A stretch of 62,930 bases of DNA, the filler included, from Globobulimina sp. (taxonomy: Eukaryota), in the NCBI GenBank assembly GCA_003354225.1. It is 27 parts of 27 records of this genome, joined end to end, with 100 filler letters (N's around TTAATTAATTAA, not from the genome) between each part and the next. Parts side by side here need not be neighbours in the genome. Positions count along the whole stretch, not along the records: positions 11,681 to 13,916 come from PIVH01007995.1; positions 14,017 to 16,252 come from PIVH01007996.1; positions 16,353 to 18,588 come from PIVH01007997.1; positions 18,689 to 20,923 come from PIVH01007998.1; positions 21,024 to 23,258 come from PIVH01007999.1; positions 23,359 to 25,593 come from PIVH01008000.1; 21 more parts are not named here. One strand, 5' to 3'. Positions within the stretch are counted from its first letter, which is position 1; every line of letters starts with the position of its first letter. Of the stretch, positions 12,094-24,016 are shown in pieces. The notes under the pieces are model-generated. The model did not search any database. It was given only the letters and a program-made list of their open reading frames with translations, and had not been told where the DNA came from. A program made the translations under genes and the position numbers.

Positions 12094-13293
12094 ATGCAAA
12101 TAAAGATTCAGCCATGGAATGATATTAATCGTGAATTCAAAAAATATCATAAAAATCCAGTCAACATTGCTATTCATTGTACAATACCATTTGACATTTA
12201 TGGAGCTTTATCTTTGATCAGACATTTTGTCATTTATGATGAGATTTTGGTATTTTTGGTCCTATTATATTGTTTGGTCATCATAAAATGGCTTCCAGTT
12301 CAATCCAAACATTACATGATTACAGTCATTGTAATAAGCATGATATTAATGGTAGTATTACAAACAGATATTTCTGTGGTTACAAGTGCATTATTCCTAA
12401 TTTTGGGATACATTTCAAAACCGATTGGACATTGGGTGTGTGGTGAACCCACATTTCAATTATCTCACTCTAATTTTTTCGAATTCATGGAACATACGAT
12501 ATTATTAATTCCTTTGGTGTACGATGCATTACCCACCATTGCTTTAAATCAGTATTCACAAAAACGAATAATTATGCAACTGACATCCATGTGTACAATT
12601 TTAATTTTTCGTTTAGCACAAAAATATCGTTTTGGAGAAGCATTTTGGAGCTTACCAAATGGGTTATCAGTCTCAGCATTAATAACCCAATCCGGACTTT
12701 TCGCATACCTGTCAGTGCTTGATTTTATGTTTGATGACACACACATCTCAAAATATAATAAGTTTATGATAATGAATATATCTATTTTATCATGGACCAG
12801 TTTTTTTTTTTATTTCGATGGATTTAGCAATATCTATGTCAGACTATCTCTAACAATACAAATAGTTGGTGATTTTTTTGGGAACAAACTTGACAATAAA
12901 TATTGGTTATTTATGGCATTTTGTATGCTAGCAACGATGACATATTATGAGTGCATAAATAATTATGGCATTATTAATCTGTTATTCTCCTCAGAGGAGA
13001 GATGGGTTAATTTTGGGATGGTATTATTGATGACTGTAAAATGGACACTGCGCGAACTTGGCACTCCCTATTACGGAATGATATTGAATGCAAGAAATAT
13101 CGAACGAATATTTGTGGCAATTATTCTTTATTATCAATTGCCATTATATCAGTCACAATATGTTCATCATTTTCATATTTATAATCTTATTAAAGTTGTT
13201 TTAACACAAGTAAAATATCACAAATTATTCACATTTGACATAAAGTTTCAAGAAAGGAAAATATTTGTTTGGATTCTTGATACATTTTTTTGA
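12094..13293 (+). CDS. Multi-pass membrane protein with N-terminal Mpo1/DUF962-like domain
   Basis: FKKYHKNPVNIAIH and IGHWVCGEP motifs, followed by further hydrophobic helices. Confidence 0.65.
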   Translation: MQIKIQPWNDINREFKKYHKNPVNIAIHCTIPFDIYGALSLIRHFVIYDEILVFLVLLYCLVIIKWLPVQSKHYMITVIVISMILMVVLQTDISVVTSALFLILGYISKPIGHWVCGEPTFQLSHSNFFEFMEHTILLIPLVYDALPTIALNQYSQKRIIMQLTSMCTILIFRLAQKYRFGEAFWSLPNGLSVSALITQSGLFAYLSVLDFMFDDTHISKYNKFMIMNISILSWTSFFFYFDGFSNIYVRLSLTIQIVGDFFGNKLDNKYWLFMAFCMLATMTYYECINNYGIINLLFSSEERWVNFGMVLLMTVKWTLRELGTPYYGMILNARNIERIFVAIILYYQLPLYQSQYVHHFHIYNLIKVVLTQVKYHKLFTFDIKFQERKIFVWILDTFF

Positions 13294-14018
13294 CATTTTT
13301 GTCCTTGAGTGTAAATGAATATCAATACAATGTGTTTATTTAAAAGAAACAGTTTGGTTGTTTGACAATTCCGATTTTGTTTGTTTGACTGTCCTTTTGA
13401 ACATTTAAATAAAGGAAACAAGTCTCACATTCCTGCGATCAACTCACTCGCTAACCAGTAGGTTGCTTTTTGTGTGATCCCCACTAAAGGTTTTTTTTTT
13501 CTGAAAAAGCACCAAAATTGGCGGTGCCGATATAAACTTAATTTAAATCATCGATTTTTGATGAATAAACAACAATATGGCAGACCATATACAACCAACT
13601 TAAGTATAGCACCAATTCCACGTTTCTTACTGCAACTTTCTTAACCACGCGTTCTGTTTTTGTGCCAGGATAGCACATATGACATACCAATTGCCGAATA
13701 TAATGAATAGATGCGAATGCAGGCAAGCAACGCATTCGGGGTCGGTGGCTCCACACCGCTGCATTTTTTTTCGATTTCTTTAATTTTTTTTATTTTTTTA
13801 ACATTTTTTTTTTATTTTTTATTTCTTATCTTTATTTTTATATTTTAGAAAGACGGAGGTTTCTTTGAATTAATTTCTAAGTACCTTCAATTACTATTTT
13901 TTATTTATTTTAGTTGNNNNNNNNNNNNNNNNNNNNNNNNNNNNNNNNNNNNNNNNNNNNTTAATTAATTAANNNNNNNNNNNNNNNNNNNNNNNNNNNN
14001 NNNNNNNNNNNNNNNNTT

Positions 14019-15108
14019 ATAGTAATTCTGCAAATTGTTATATTTTATATGATATCGTATGCAAAAAAGAAATATAATTTTTTGCAATATTTAGTGGCGA
14101 CATATTTTGATGAAGACAGGAAATCGTCGACTATCAATTGGTGTTTTTATCGGCGAATTGAAAACTTAATATATTTATCAATAATTACGTATTTTATTAA
14201 TTTTTATCCATTAAAACATCATAACAATGTCGACATTTTCTTTATTCGTATTTTAATATTATTTTCATGGATTTTTAGCAATTTATCATCGGATTTGTTC
14301 GTTGATACTTATCATAATATGTTAGATGACGGCATGCAAGGCACAAATGAAAGAAATGTGATTCGTGTGATACAAAACAAAGAATGGGATGTTTTTCAAG
14401 AATTACTTGAATTTGCTTATAAAATGAATGCAAAATATCATTCCAACATAGCACCGTTACAAATATACATGAAATATGTGACAATTATCAATTTATATCA
14501 CGTGACAAAAATGTGTGAATTAGGCTCAAATATATATGAAACCAGCAATGATGATCAGAATGATAACGTGCTGACTTTATACGTCAAACAGAAACAGAAC
14601 ATTCATATCGATTTTGCTGAAATTAAGCAATTATTAAACTACGAAGCACAATGCAATGACAATAATATCAATTATTCATTAATAAGACATTGTAATAACA
14701 GCGGGAAGAATGCATTTCAAATCTATATAGATTCCATGACATCTTTTATTACTTTTAGCCAAGTCAAGAAATGGTACGATCTCGGCGCTGATCCCATTGC
14801 CATGAATTGTGAAGGACTGACCCCTTTGGAAGCATATATGCAACATACCAATGCATACCACGATGACGATGATGATATGAACGATTTAAGAGTCGATTTA
14901 GAACAGTTATGTCATAATAAGTTGCCTTCATATTCGAGATATAATGCGTTTGATATTTATTTGAATAAATTTAAAAAAATAAATTGTGAATTGATTCAAA
15001 TGTGGAAACACAACCAATGTGTCCGACAGATTGCTGATTGTACAGATTTTAAAGGTGATAGTATCATGATTCGATACATCAAATCTCATTCCAATCCACA
15101 GAAACATC

Positions 15109-15148
<40 letters not shown>

Positions 15149-16252
15149 GCAAGAATCAGTAGGGAGTAACACTAAAATATGTGCAGTTAAATGTGTGCCA
15201 TATAAAAACAAAAAAGTTTCGTTTGCTCCAATAATGATTCAAGAACCGGAAGAAAAAGGGATGGCGCTCGAGCATGAGAAGGAAGATAGCATTTCATCCT
15301 CAGATTCACTGCAAATCAAAACCGTCGATGATTACCATGCGGTAACACATGATGACAGAGACCATATTGATAATATGATCCATGTTATTGATAAAATGAA
15401 TAAATTGGAACTAAAATCTAGATCACCATCGACCACTGATGCTGATGGACGCGTTGATATCATCGAATATTATGATAAATCTGTTGGGAGCAAACGAAGG
15501 CGAACACAAACCATTGCCTTGGATACTGGCAAAATATCAGAAGAGGACGTTGCAATGTTACTGGATTTAGGGATCAATTGTTTTGTGAAGGATAATAATG
15601 GAATGACTGCGATTCATCATTACATGAAACAGAAAAAAATAAGCTTTAGCATTTTGAAGAAAATGGTCGCTCATAATATGGAAGAAAGGAAGTATGCTGA
15701 ACAGGAGGATGGATGTTCACTGCGTCATGATATAAACACTGTGGATAGATACAATAAAACAGCGTTTATGTATTATTTGGAGCATAATGAATGTATTTCT
15801 GCGCAAGATTTGGAAGTATTGATCGAAATGGGATTTGTGGCGAGCAAGGATATGATTGATATAGTTTAGTTTGCACAGAAACGTGTTGCTATTTTTATAT
15901 TTTATCTGTTTTTTTATATGAAAAACTATACAGAATGGAAATAGTGCATTTCATTGTATTTGCAAGAACGAATTGGTGCAATACACGGTGATATTATATT
16001 TGTTTGGTTGCTTGGAAGAGCAAACAGATTGGAATGAACTTAAGAATTACGTTGAGTATATATTACAAAATGTTTGTAAATTACAAAATGTTTTTGTTAA
16101 TATTTAGCAAAATGAGACACCGTTTATGTTATATTTATTACATAATGCTGTGTTAACATTGGATGGCGTCAATGCTTTGAAGAAGAAAGGGTTTGCAATG
16201 GACTGTAAGTCGAAAAGCGAGGATGATGTGTTTAGTAAATATATATGCTGTA
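14019..16252 (+). CDS. Ankyrin-repeat protein with N-terminal TM segments and polyQ; partial at both ends (introns 15864-15933, 16051-16107)
   Basis: Repeated motifs GKNAF, GLTPL, GMTAIH, NKTAF; spliced exons continue with NGNSAFH and NETPFM. Confidence 0.8.
15108..15152 (+). repeat. (CAA)13 CAG CAA trinucleotide repeat encoding Q15
   Basis: Read directly in the sequence. Confidence 0.95.
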
Positions 16253-16354
16253 NNNNNNNNNNNNNNNNNNNNNNNNNNNNNNNNNNNNNNNNNNNNTTAA
16301 TTAATTAANNNNNNNNNNNNNNNNNNNNNNNNNNNNNNNNNNNNNNNNNNNNAT

Positions 16355-18588
16355 GAATATAAACTACTTAATAATCCCATACTAAAATATGAAATAAGAT
16401 CCGTTATAAAAAACCTAGATACACATAAAGCGTATGGACCGGATAGGATCCATAACCAAATGATAAAGCACGGTGGAGAGCCCCTCATTGATTGCCTGCT
16501 CCCTTTGTTTAATAAATGTATGCAAAAAGGGATATTCCCGAGCTATTGGAATTTCTCCCACTTACTACCGATTCCCAAACCAAATAAAGACCACAGCAAC
16601 CCTAAAAACTACAGACCCATTGCAGTCTCTTCGTGCTTAGGTAGGGTTTTTGAGAAAATCTTAGCAAATAGACTCCAACATTTTTGCGTTGAGAACAGAA
16701 TATTTGATAACTTCCAATGTGGTTTTCAAATAAATCGTTGCTGTGACGACGTCTTAACAACTTTTATAACTGACATACAAACTGCTTTCGATATGGTCAG
16801 TGATACTGACGTTGTATTCACAGACTTCTCCAAAGCATATGACAGTGTGTGGCATAATGGCTTATTATATAAATTAATTAAAAACAACATAAAAGGAAAT
16901 ATTCTAAATGTACTTGCTTCTTTCATACAAACAAGATATACTAAAGTCATTGCTAAAAAAGCAGAGTCCAATTGGGTCGCTCAACCGATTGGAGTCCCAC
17001 AAGGATCTGCATTATCTCCTATCCTATACATAATATTTACAAATGATTTTAAACTTAAATTCCCGAACTTTGTCCATTTTGCTTGCTTTGCAGATGATAC
17101 TGCATTCTGGACAAGCCCGGGAACAAAAGATCCAATGCGCTATAAATTCCTCCAAAAAGAAATAGATAACTTTGGCGATTGGTGTATACAATGGCAACTA
17201 ATGATAAATCCCTCCAAATGCCTATCCATGAATTTCTCCCATAGTAATCCTACCAAACTCCACCCAAAATATACAAATAAAATTGATCCAAACACAAATA
17301 AACAAATACGTCTAAGTAAATACAGCATCCATTCCATTCCAATAAAATATGAAAGAACTGCCAGATATCTTGGCTTATGGTTTGATGAACGCCTCAATTT
17401 CCTGGCCCATTTTGCCAAAATAAGAGCAAAAACAATGCGGAGTTATTGGAGACTGTTCTTTTCAATGAAATCTGGAATAAAACTAACCCCGATCTCCATA
17501 ACAATTCTATATAAATCCCTCGCTCGATCCAGAATAGAATACGGCTTATCCCATTATTACCCATATGACTCCACCAAATTATTAAAAATCCTACAAAATA
17601 AATTCCTCCGCTTGGCCATTCCATGCCGATTGGACTCACCAATGGATATTATTCAATTCCTCCTAAACATTGAACCAATAGAATGTAGAGCTCATTACCT
17701 AACAATGAGGCAACTCGCCAGAGCTTACTATAATGATAATTACCATCCATTGAATAAAACATACAAATCCCTAAATAAATATAAAAACACAATCCAATCC
17801 TACCAATACAGAAAAACAAACAAAAATAAAACAAATAAACTCACGAACCTTAATAAAAACCCTCTAATAATCGCGACAAAATTCTGCCAAAATAACAAGG
17901 AGAATAAAGCGCTAACACTGGATATCAATAAAATGAATAAAAAACAGGTCACCTCCTCACCAACATACAACTTAAAATGCTTACCGACGAACTTTGACGT
18001 CAGTACATCTGCAGCAAATCCATCACTGTCCATTGATGATAATGTTACCATTGCGTTTACGGATGGATCATGTGACCCAAATCCAGGCAAAGGAGGAGCT
18101 GCTGCATATATCCCATCCCAACCATCACATCCAAGTGCGTATAAACAAACATATTATTTCAAAATCCCAGTAACAATAACCACTGCAGAGACTGAAGCAG
18201 TCCATATGATCCTGAATTATATATTAAATCTCCCAAATAACTCCCATATACACTATAAAATATATATTGATAATCTCTCCCTTCTCCAATTCATAAATGG
18301 TCAAAATTACCCCAAATATAACGACACTAAAATATTGATTGAAAACATTTTTATAAAACTACTGCAGATAAAACAAAACAAACCCAACATATTCCTCTCA
18401 TTTATAAAAATTAAATCGCATAATAATAATAAATTCAATGACGAAGTTGATCGTTTGGCCAACTTTGCAGCTAAACATACAAAATATGACCAAACATTGT
18501 ATAACGAGATATCGTATAATACGACAATAACTCAATTACATAAACAAATACGATATCAATGGAACCAAAAATGGATAAAACGAAACAC
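16355..18588 (+). mobile_element. Non-LTR retrotransposon ORF2 (RT + RNase H), uninterrupted across the whole contig
   Basis: RT motifs: KAYGPD, YRPIAV, QCGF, DFSKAYD, GVPQGSALSP, FADD, YLG. RNase H motifs: FTDGS, AETEA, IDN, KSH, NDEVD. Confidence 0.96.
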
Positions 18589-18688
18589 NNNNNNNNNNNN
18601 NNNNNNNNNNNNNNNNNNNNNNNNNNNNNNNNTTAATTAATTAANNNNNNNNNNNNNNNNNNNNNNNNNNNNNNNNNNNNNNNNNNNN

Positions 18689-18793
18689 ATGAATAATGCT
18701 AATAATATCTGTATGGATGTAGTGGGTGCTACATTTTCTAACGTATCCACTTACTAATAATCGGGATCGTCTTTTCCTGAGAGGATGGTTCAT
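18689..18793 (-). CDS. 5' fragment of a paralog of the RCC1-repeat gene at 30364-31285
   Basis: MNHPLRKRRSRLLVSGYVRKCSTHYIHTDIISIIH versus MNHAVLSQLLVSGYVRKFRSHYIHRDILSIIH. Confidence 0.8.
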
Positions 18794-19244
18794 TTTCTGT
18801 GAACGTTTTCGGTTTGTTTTTTACACACATTTATTAAACTACTTATAAGTTCGCATAAATGTCACGTAGATCAATATTAATTGGTAGTGTGATATTGGAC
18901 ATTATTGAGTGTATGATTGAATGTAGACGAATGCAGGGGAATATATTTAAGTATCATGAGTTTTATGACGAGTTCGAGAAGCAATATAAGAATTAATGTG
19001 ATAAAGTTTCGGAGTGTCTCGGATTACGGCGTAATTAAAGGGAGCTCGGTTGGCTTGAAGGAGATTGTGGATAATTGGGTGGATTGCAAGAATTATCAGC
19101 ATCGCTAGTAATTTGCAATGATATATAATAAATAACTTAATAAAGATACTCATAAATGTCAGAGTCATAATCGACAAATATATATATATGAACGCACTAT
19201 TTTTATTGCTGTACCTTCTTTAATTTCTTATCAAAGTGAATTTT

Positions 19245-19957
19245 ATGGCACAAAACAGTATGTTTCTCTCTCTGTACTTTCTTCTCAAACAAGAAACACA
19301 TAACTTTTGTCACAGTACAGGAGAAATTAACAGATAAGTTATTGGCGATTCGAGATAAAGCTGAAAGAGTCGTGTTAATGTCCAGAGAGAAGGACGTCTG
19401 CGAAATCTCTGTGGAAAAAGCAATGATATCGCACTGGTTACAAGCACAAATATTGAAAGACAAAGATCGAAAACATCTACGTTATTATTTCGGGAATTTT
19501 GAAACTGAGCCGCTTCGCCAGGTAGTCGCATATATGAAATATAAAAATGGTCGAAAGACGCAACCGCCACAACCACCGATTCAATCATACGATATTGCAA
19601 AACTTTGCAATGACGAGCAAGATGGCCAATGGATAGCGCAATTAACACCAAAAGTTGTATTTGAAATATTGAAAATCGCTGCTATTTTGGTAGGTACTTT
19701 ATTTATTTATTTATAGATCATTGTATGTACCAATTGTACTAATATATGAACAGGAGATACCAGGCCTAATTGGATTGGTTCAATGTCGTATCGCGTGTTG
19801 GTGTAAAAATAGAACATCTGAAGAAATCGTTGATATTTTCTCCGAATCGTTACGTGATCTCTATATATATTTGTTTTCCTTAGACATTGACGATGTGCCT
19901 TTATGCAACAGAAACTACAATAAAATGCCACCAAAACAAGCAATAAACTTTGACTAA
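19245..19957 (+). CDS. Divergent Skp1-family protein, 3 exons (introns 19258-19315, 19690-19753)
   Basis: VVLMSRE, LRQVVAYMKY, PPI, VFEILKIAAIL-EIPGLIGLVQCRIACWCKNRTSEEIVDIF follow the Skp1 pattern. Both introns restore the frame. Confidence 0.8.
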
Positions 19958-20222
19958 ATCAACCGCGAAAATCAGAGGATTGCATTCAAACAACACCATT
20001 ATGACTATGTAGGTTTTTCATAGTTTCCACTTGATTGTATAAATTTATTGCATGCGCCGTAATCTCGTTAATTATAATTTGTGAGCCTATCCTTCATTTC
20101 TTGCTACTCGAAATCAATTGCAAGCGACAGTTTTTTTTTTGCTACATTTAATCATAATGATGTGTAGCTACACGAGTCTTCGACAAAGAGCAATCACGCG
20201 TACTTATGTAGGAGACGATTAT

Positions 20223-20420
20223 TGGACAATATAAGAAGTGGACAATATAAGATGTGGACAATATAAGATGCAATATTTGCGATCTGAGCATATCAAATGT
20301 GGACTATATCAGATGCAAAATATAAAATCTCTATCATCTGCATCCCATATTTCCTCCACCAAAGCATGATATTTCCTCAAATTTACCAATTTGGACAATA
20401 TGAGATGCAAGATTTGCGAT
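20223..20420. repeat. 16-bp minisatellite TGGACAATATAAGATG, 3 tandem copies (20223-20270) plus degenerate copies
   Basis: Read directly; variants occur near 20300 and 20392. Confidence 0.85.
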
Positions 20421-20559
20421 TTTGAAATGTGTTATTTATTGGACAATTACTTTACAAAATATTTTGTTAATGGAACTGTTTGATATTGTTTGTAGAGCTA
20501 TCTATATCACCCAAAACAAAATAGTATTTTACCCATATTCAGTAATATCGAGGCTGGTG

Positions 20560-20592
20560 ACCTTACTTCAACCTTACTTCAACCTTACTTCA
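20560..20592. repeat. 11-bp tandem repeat (ACCTTACTTCA)3
   Basis: Read directly. Confidence 0.9.
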
Positions 20593-21023
20593 GATAATAC
20601 CAACTTGCTGCAGATAGAGAGTTGCAACAGTCTTCGTAGTATATTAGTCATTATACGTGATTTGAATCGCTTACGATTCAACACGGAATAAAGTTTCTTA
20701 CGATACGACGAGTGGCAGTGTCCCTGTATCAATATACCGACTACGCAAAGTCCTTCTACATAATCCAAGTCTAAGCATATTATTAATATGACGTCGTGGA
20801 ATAACAGAAGTAATTCGTATCGCAACGTATTGCAGAAAAACAACAATAATCATAATAATAGCTTTAGGATAGGCAAAAATAGAAAGAATGCACCACCATT
20901 AACAGAAACAGAATCGAAACAACNNNNNNNNNNNNNNNNNNNNNNNNNNNNNNNNNNNNNNNNNNNNTTAATTAATTAANNNNNNNNNNNNNNNNNNNNN
21001 NNNNNNNNNNNNNNNNNNNNNNN

Positions 21024-21743
21024 GAGGCAGCTGATATGATAGATGGTACAATCGGATCATCAGAATTTTTACCACCTAGCTCAATTACACCTGGTTTTAG
21101 ATGTTCTGCTGAAGGACACAAATTAAGTTATTATACATTTTCGCGAGCTATCGATGCTCTGCAATTGACGGCATCACTGCGCCATACACATTGTAATTAC
21201 ACACAAACGACGCATGTATCCACTACTGGCGGATTTAGGGTTGAATCTAGTCAACGTGTCGACGGCTCATTGTTAGGAAGCAAAGTGAAGGAACATGGTC
21301 CTGTAATGTATGAATTTGACAGCAATTGCAAGTTATCAATGATCGCATTTGCGAGAGGAGAACAACACGCAGCACAGGCATATGGAGCAAGGCATGCAGA
21401 GAGAACATTGCAATTATTTGGTTTAACATCATCAGATTCAGAGTTGAGTACAATATGTAATTATATATCTACAATTAAACATATATGTTTTTAAAGTTCG
21501 GTGGATGAGAACCCAGACTCAGACTCATCAGATGGTGCAGCAGCTTTATTGAGTGCATATGATATCTATCAGTGGCCAGATAAAGTTATAGATTTGCATT
21601 CTGATGATATTAATTATAATTTGTTCTCTTGGTCACTGTTACTGATCTGCGGATTGATGTTATTTTGTATTTTGTTACTTTGGATTCGAAAATGTAGAAA
21701 CGATTCGAAAATGGAAACATTTGCGCCGGATTCGTTACCGTAA
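21024..21743 (+). CDS. 3' part of a single-pass membrane protein (intron 21443-21496)
   Basis: The intron joins ORFs 21036 and 21501; TM segment WSLLLICGLMLFCILLLWI is followed by RK. Confidence 0.65.
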
Positions 21744-21759
21744 CTATTTTCTATTGGAT

Positions 21760-21839
21760 TACTTTCCCCGTACTTTGGTTTTAGTCACTTTTAGATCCTA
21801 TGTATTGTTATCACCATCTCCCTAAAGTACGGGAAAGTA
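21760..21839. mobile_element. Candidate 80-bp MITE with ~16-bp TIRs and TA ends
   Basis: TACTTTCCCCGTACTTT ... AAAGTACGGGAAAGTA (one indel between arms). Confidence 0.55.
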
Positions 21840-22018
21840 TTTTACTTTTTTCTGATTGAATTATTTTAAATTTATTATATCTATTTTTCATTGAATTATT
21901 TCTTTTTTCTGATTGTTTTATTTGTTTAATTATCATTAATGATTATAGTGATTTATTTATCATTGATATGTTTTTTGTGTTTTTTACTTGATACAATTTA
22001 AAATAGCCGCGCTAAACC

Positions 22019-23187
22019 ATGTCAACTGTCTATGTAAACTGTCAACAAGCACAGCAATATTTATGTGCAATCTGCCAACATGTAATGACAAACCCATGTC
22101 AGGTAACACTTACATTTGTATCTCGTACAAATTTCTCAATTCCCACCATTCAAATTGCTAGATTGGATGCGTTGGATGTCACGTATTTTGCAAGCAATGC
22201 GTCGTCCAATTAACAACCCACAACCAACTCATCTCAAAACCTTCAAAATGTCCAATATGTACCACACCATTCACCACAAACTCATTAATTGAAATACCAT
22301 TCATTCAGAGACAAATCAACGACTTAAAAGTAAAATGTCCCAATCACATTTCGCTTCTAATCATTCAAAACAACAACGAAACAAACAAAGAAACCGCAAA
22401 TAATATCATCGCAAGTGGGAAAAAAAGAAAATATCCAAATGAAAATGGTATCGATAAATATAACACAAAAAAACAAAAATTAAATGACAAACAACAGTGT
22501 GGCTGGATTGGAGCTTTTGGTGATTTTAAAAATCATCTCAATATATGTCCGTATCAACTCATTGATTGCAAATATTTATTAAAAGGTTGTAAGCATAAAA
22601 TAAGACGGCAAAATATGGCGTTTCATCTGCAATGTCAGTGTCAATATGTTACGGTTCGTTGCAGTCGCTGTACGGCAAAGGTATTACGAGGTGGATTACA
22701 ATTTCATTTATCCAAAATCTGTGAGATGAGAATGGTGAAATGTAATATTAACGGTTGTAATGAGAGCATGCGACAAATGGACATTGTTAACCATCAAAAA
22801 TATGACTGTGGCGAAGCAATGATTGAATGCGAATATATGCAGTTTGGCTGTTATTTTATTCGACGAAAAGATAAGGAAACGCATAATAAACAATGTATGA
22901 AACATCATTTAAAATTAGTTGTAAAAAGTCATAATGCTTTGGAAAAGGAGTTGGTTGGAATCAAAGTATTGGAGGCAAAGAATAGAAAAATGAATGAAGA
23001 GAATATTTCATTGCGATATAAATGTCCAAAATGTAAAGGGGATTTGATTGGAAAATCAGCGTGTTTGCTGAAAAAAGGTCAAGTTAAATGTTCAAAGTGT
23101 GGCGATAAACAGGATAACACGGTGTGGTATTGTCCGCAGAGTAATTGTGGACATTGGATTGTGTGTCGTGAATGTAGATATTATTGA
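22019..23187 (+). CDS. RING + TRAF-type zinc-finger protein (intron 22103-22161)
   Basis: Spliced RING CAIC..C-H..CKQC..CPIC, then LKVKCPN, tandem TRAF zinc fingers and a coiled coil. Confidence 0.88.
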
Positions 23188-23360
23188 GTCGTCATTCGTC
23201 AACATTCATTTTACCAATTATAATTAATTTGATTTTAATGACATTGTTTTATTAATTTNNNNNNNNNNNNNNNNNNNNNNNNNNNNNNNNNNNNNNNNNN
23301 NNTTAATTAATTAANNNNNNNNNNNNNNNNNNNNNNNNNNNNNNNNNNNNNNNNNNNNAT

Positions 23361-23831
23361 GACTCATTTGTATTTATTGACAGTGCCTTGAATAATAATT
23401 ATAATAAATACAAAGTATTAATATTTTGTGAGTTTGGTGTTTCAATATCACCATGTTTTATTATTGCATATTTAATGTACCATTGTAATTTATCGCTAGT
23501 TACATCACATAATATTATCAAATCAAAGAGAAACATTGATATCTCAAAATATATGAAACAATTACAAATATATCAACATAAACATTGCCACAGAAATATA
23601 AATATAAATAAAATTCGTATTATGGAGAATAGTGACAATAACAAAGAAAATGAAGAGAAAGATTCATTGATTGGGAGAAGAAGTATTACGATGAAAAGTA
23701 GTAACTATAAAGGTTTGTATGCGGAAACATTATTGCATAGTTATACTAAATCGAATTCAAAACGCATTCAAAGAACTTATTCATCTCCGTTTATTCCGCT
23801 AGATTCACATATTGTTTTTACTAATATTTGA
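23361..23831 (+). CDS. 3' part of a dual-specificity phosphatase-like protein with degenerate active site
   Basis: FIDSAL..KVLIFCEFGVSISPCFIIAYLM..IKSKR..YMKQL. Confidence 0.75.
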   Translation, partial: DSFVFIDSALNNNYNKYKVLIFCEFGVSISPCFIIAYLMYHCNLSLVTSHNIIKSKRNIDISKYMKQLQIYQHKHCHRNININKIRIMENSDNNKENEEKDSLIGRRSITMKSSNYKGLYAETLLHSYTKSNSKRIQRTYSSPFIPLDSHIVFTNI

Positions 23832-24016
23832 CTCATATTTTAATTTCTTATTTAAACTAATTTAATGCAGATGTTTACTATAATCAAAGTGTTACAATTG
23901 TTGAGTTTGTACTGCTGTGCGATTATCAGCATTCATCCAATATTCCTTTTTACCTTTTTGGTGATGTTTATATACTTTTGGCGAAAACCTGTCAGTCTGT
24001 CACTGTTCCGTTCATC

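Noticed and set aside
13714-13738. CAGG...AGCA resembling SRP RNA helix 8
   Set aside because: There is no GNRA-capped stem between the two motifs and no recognisable Alu or S domain.
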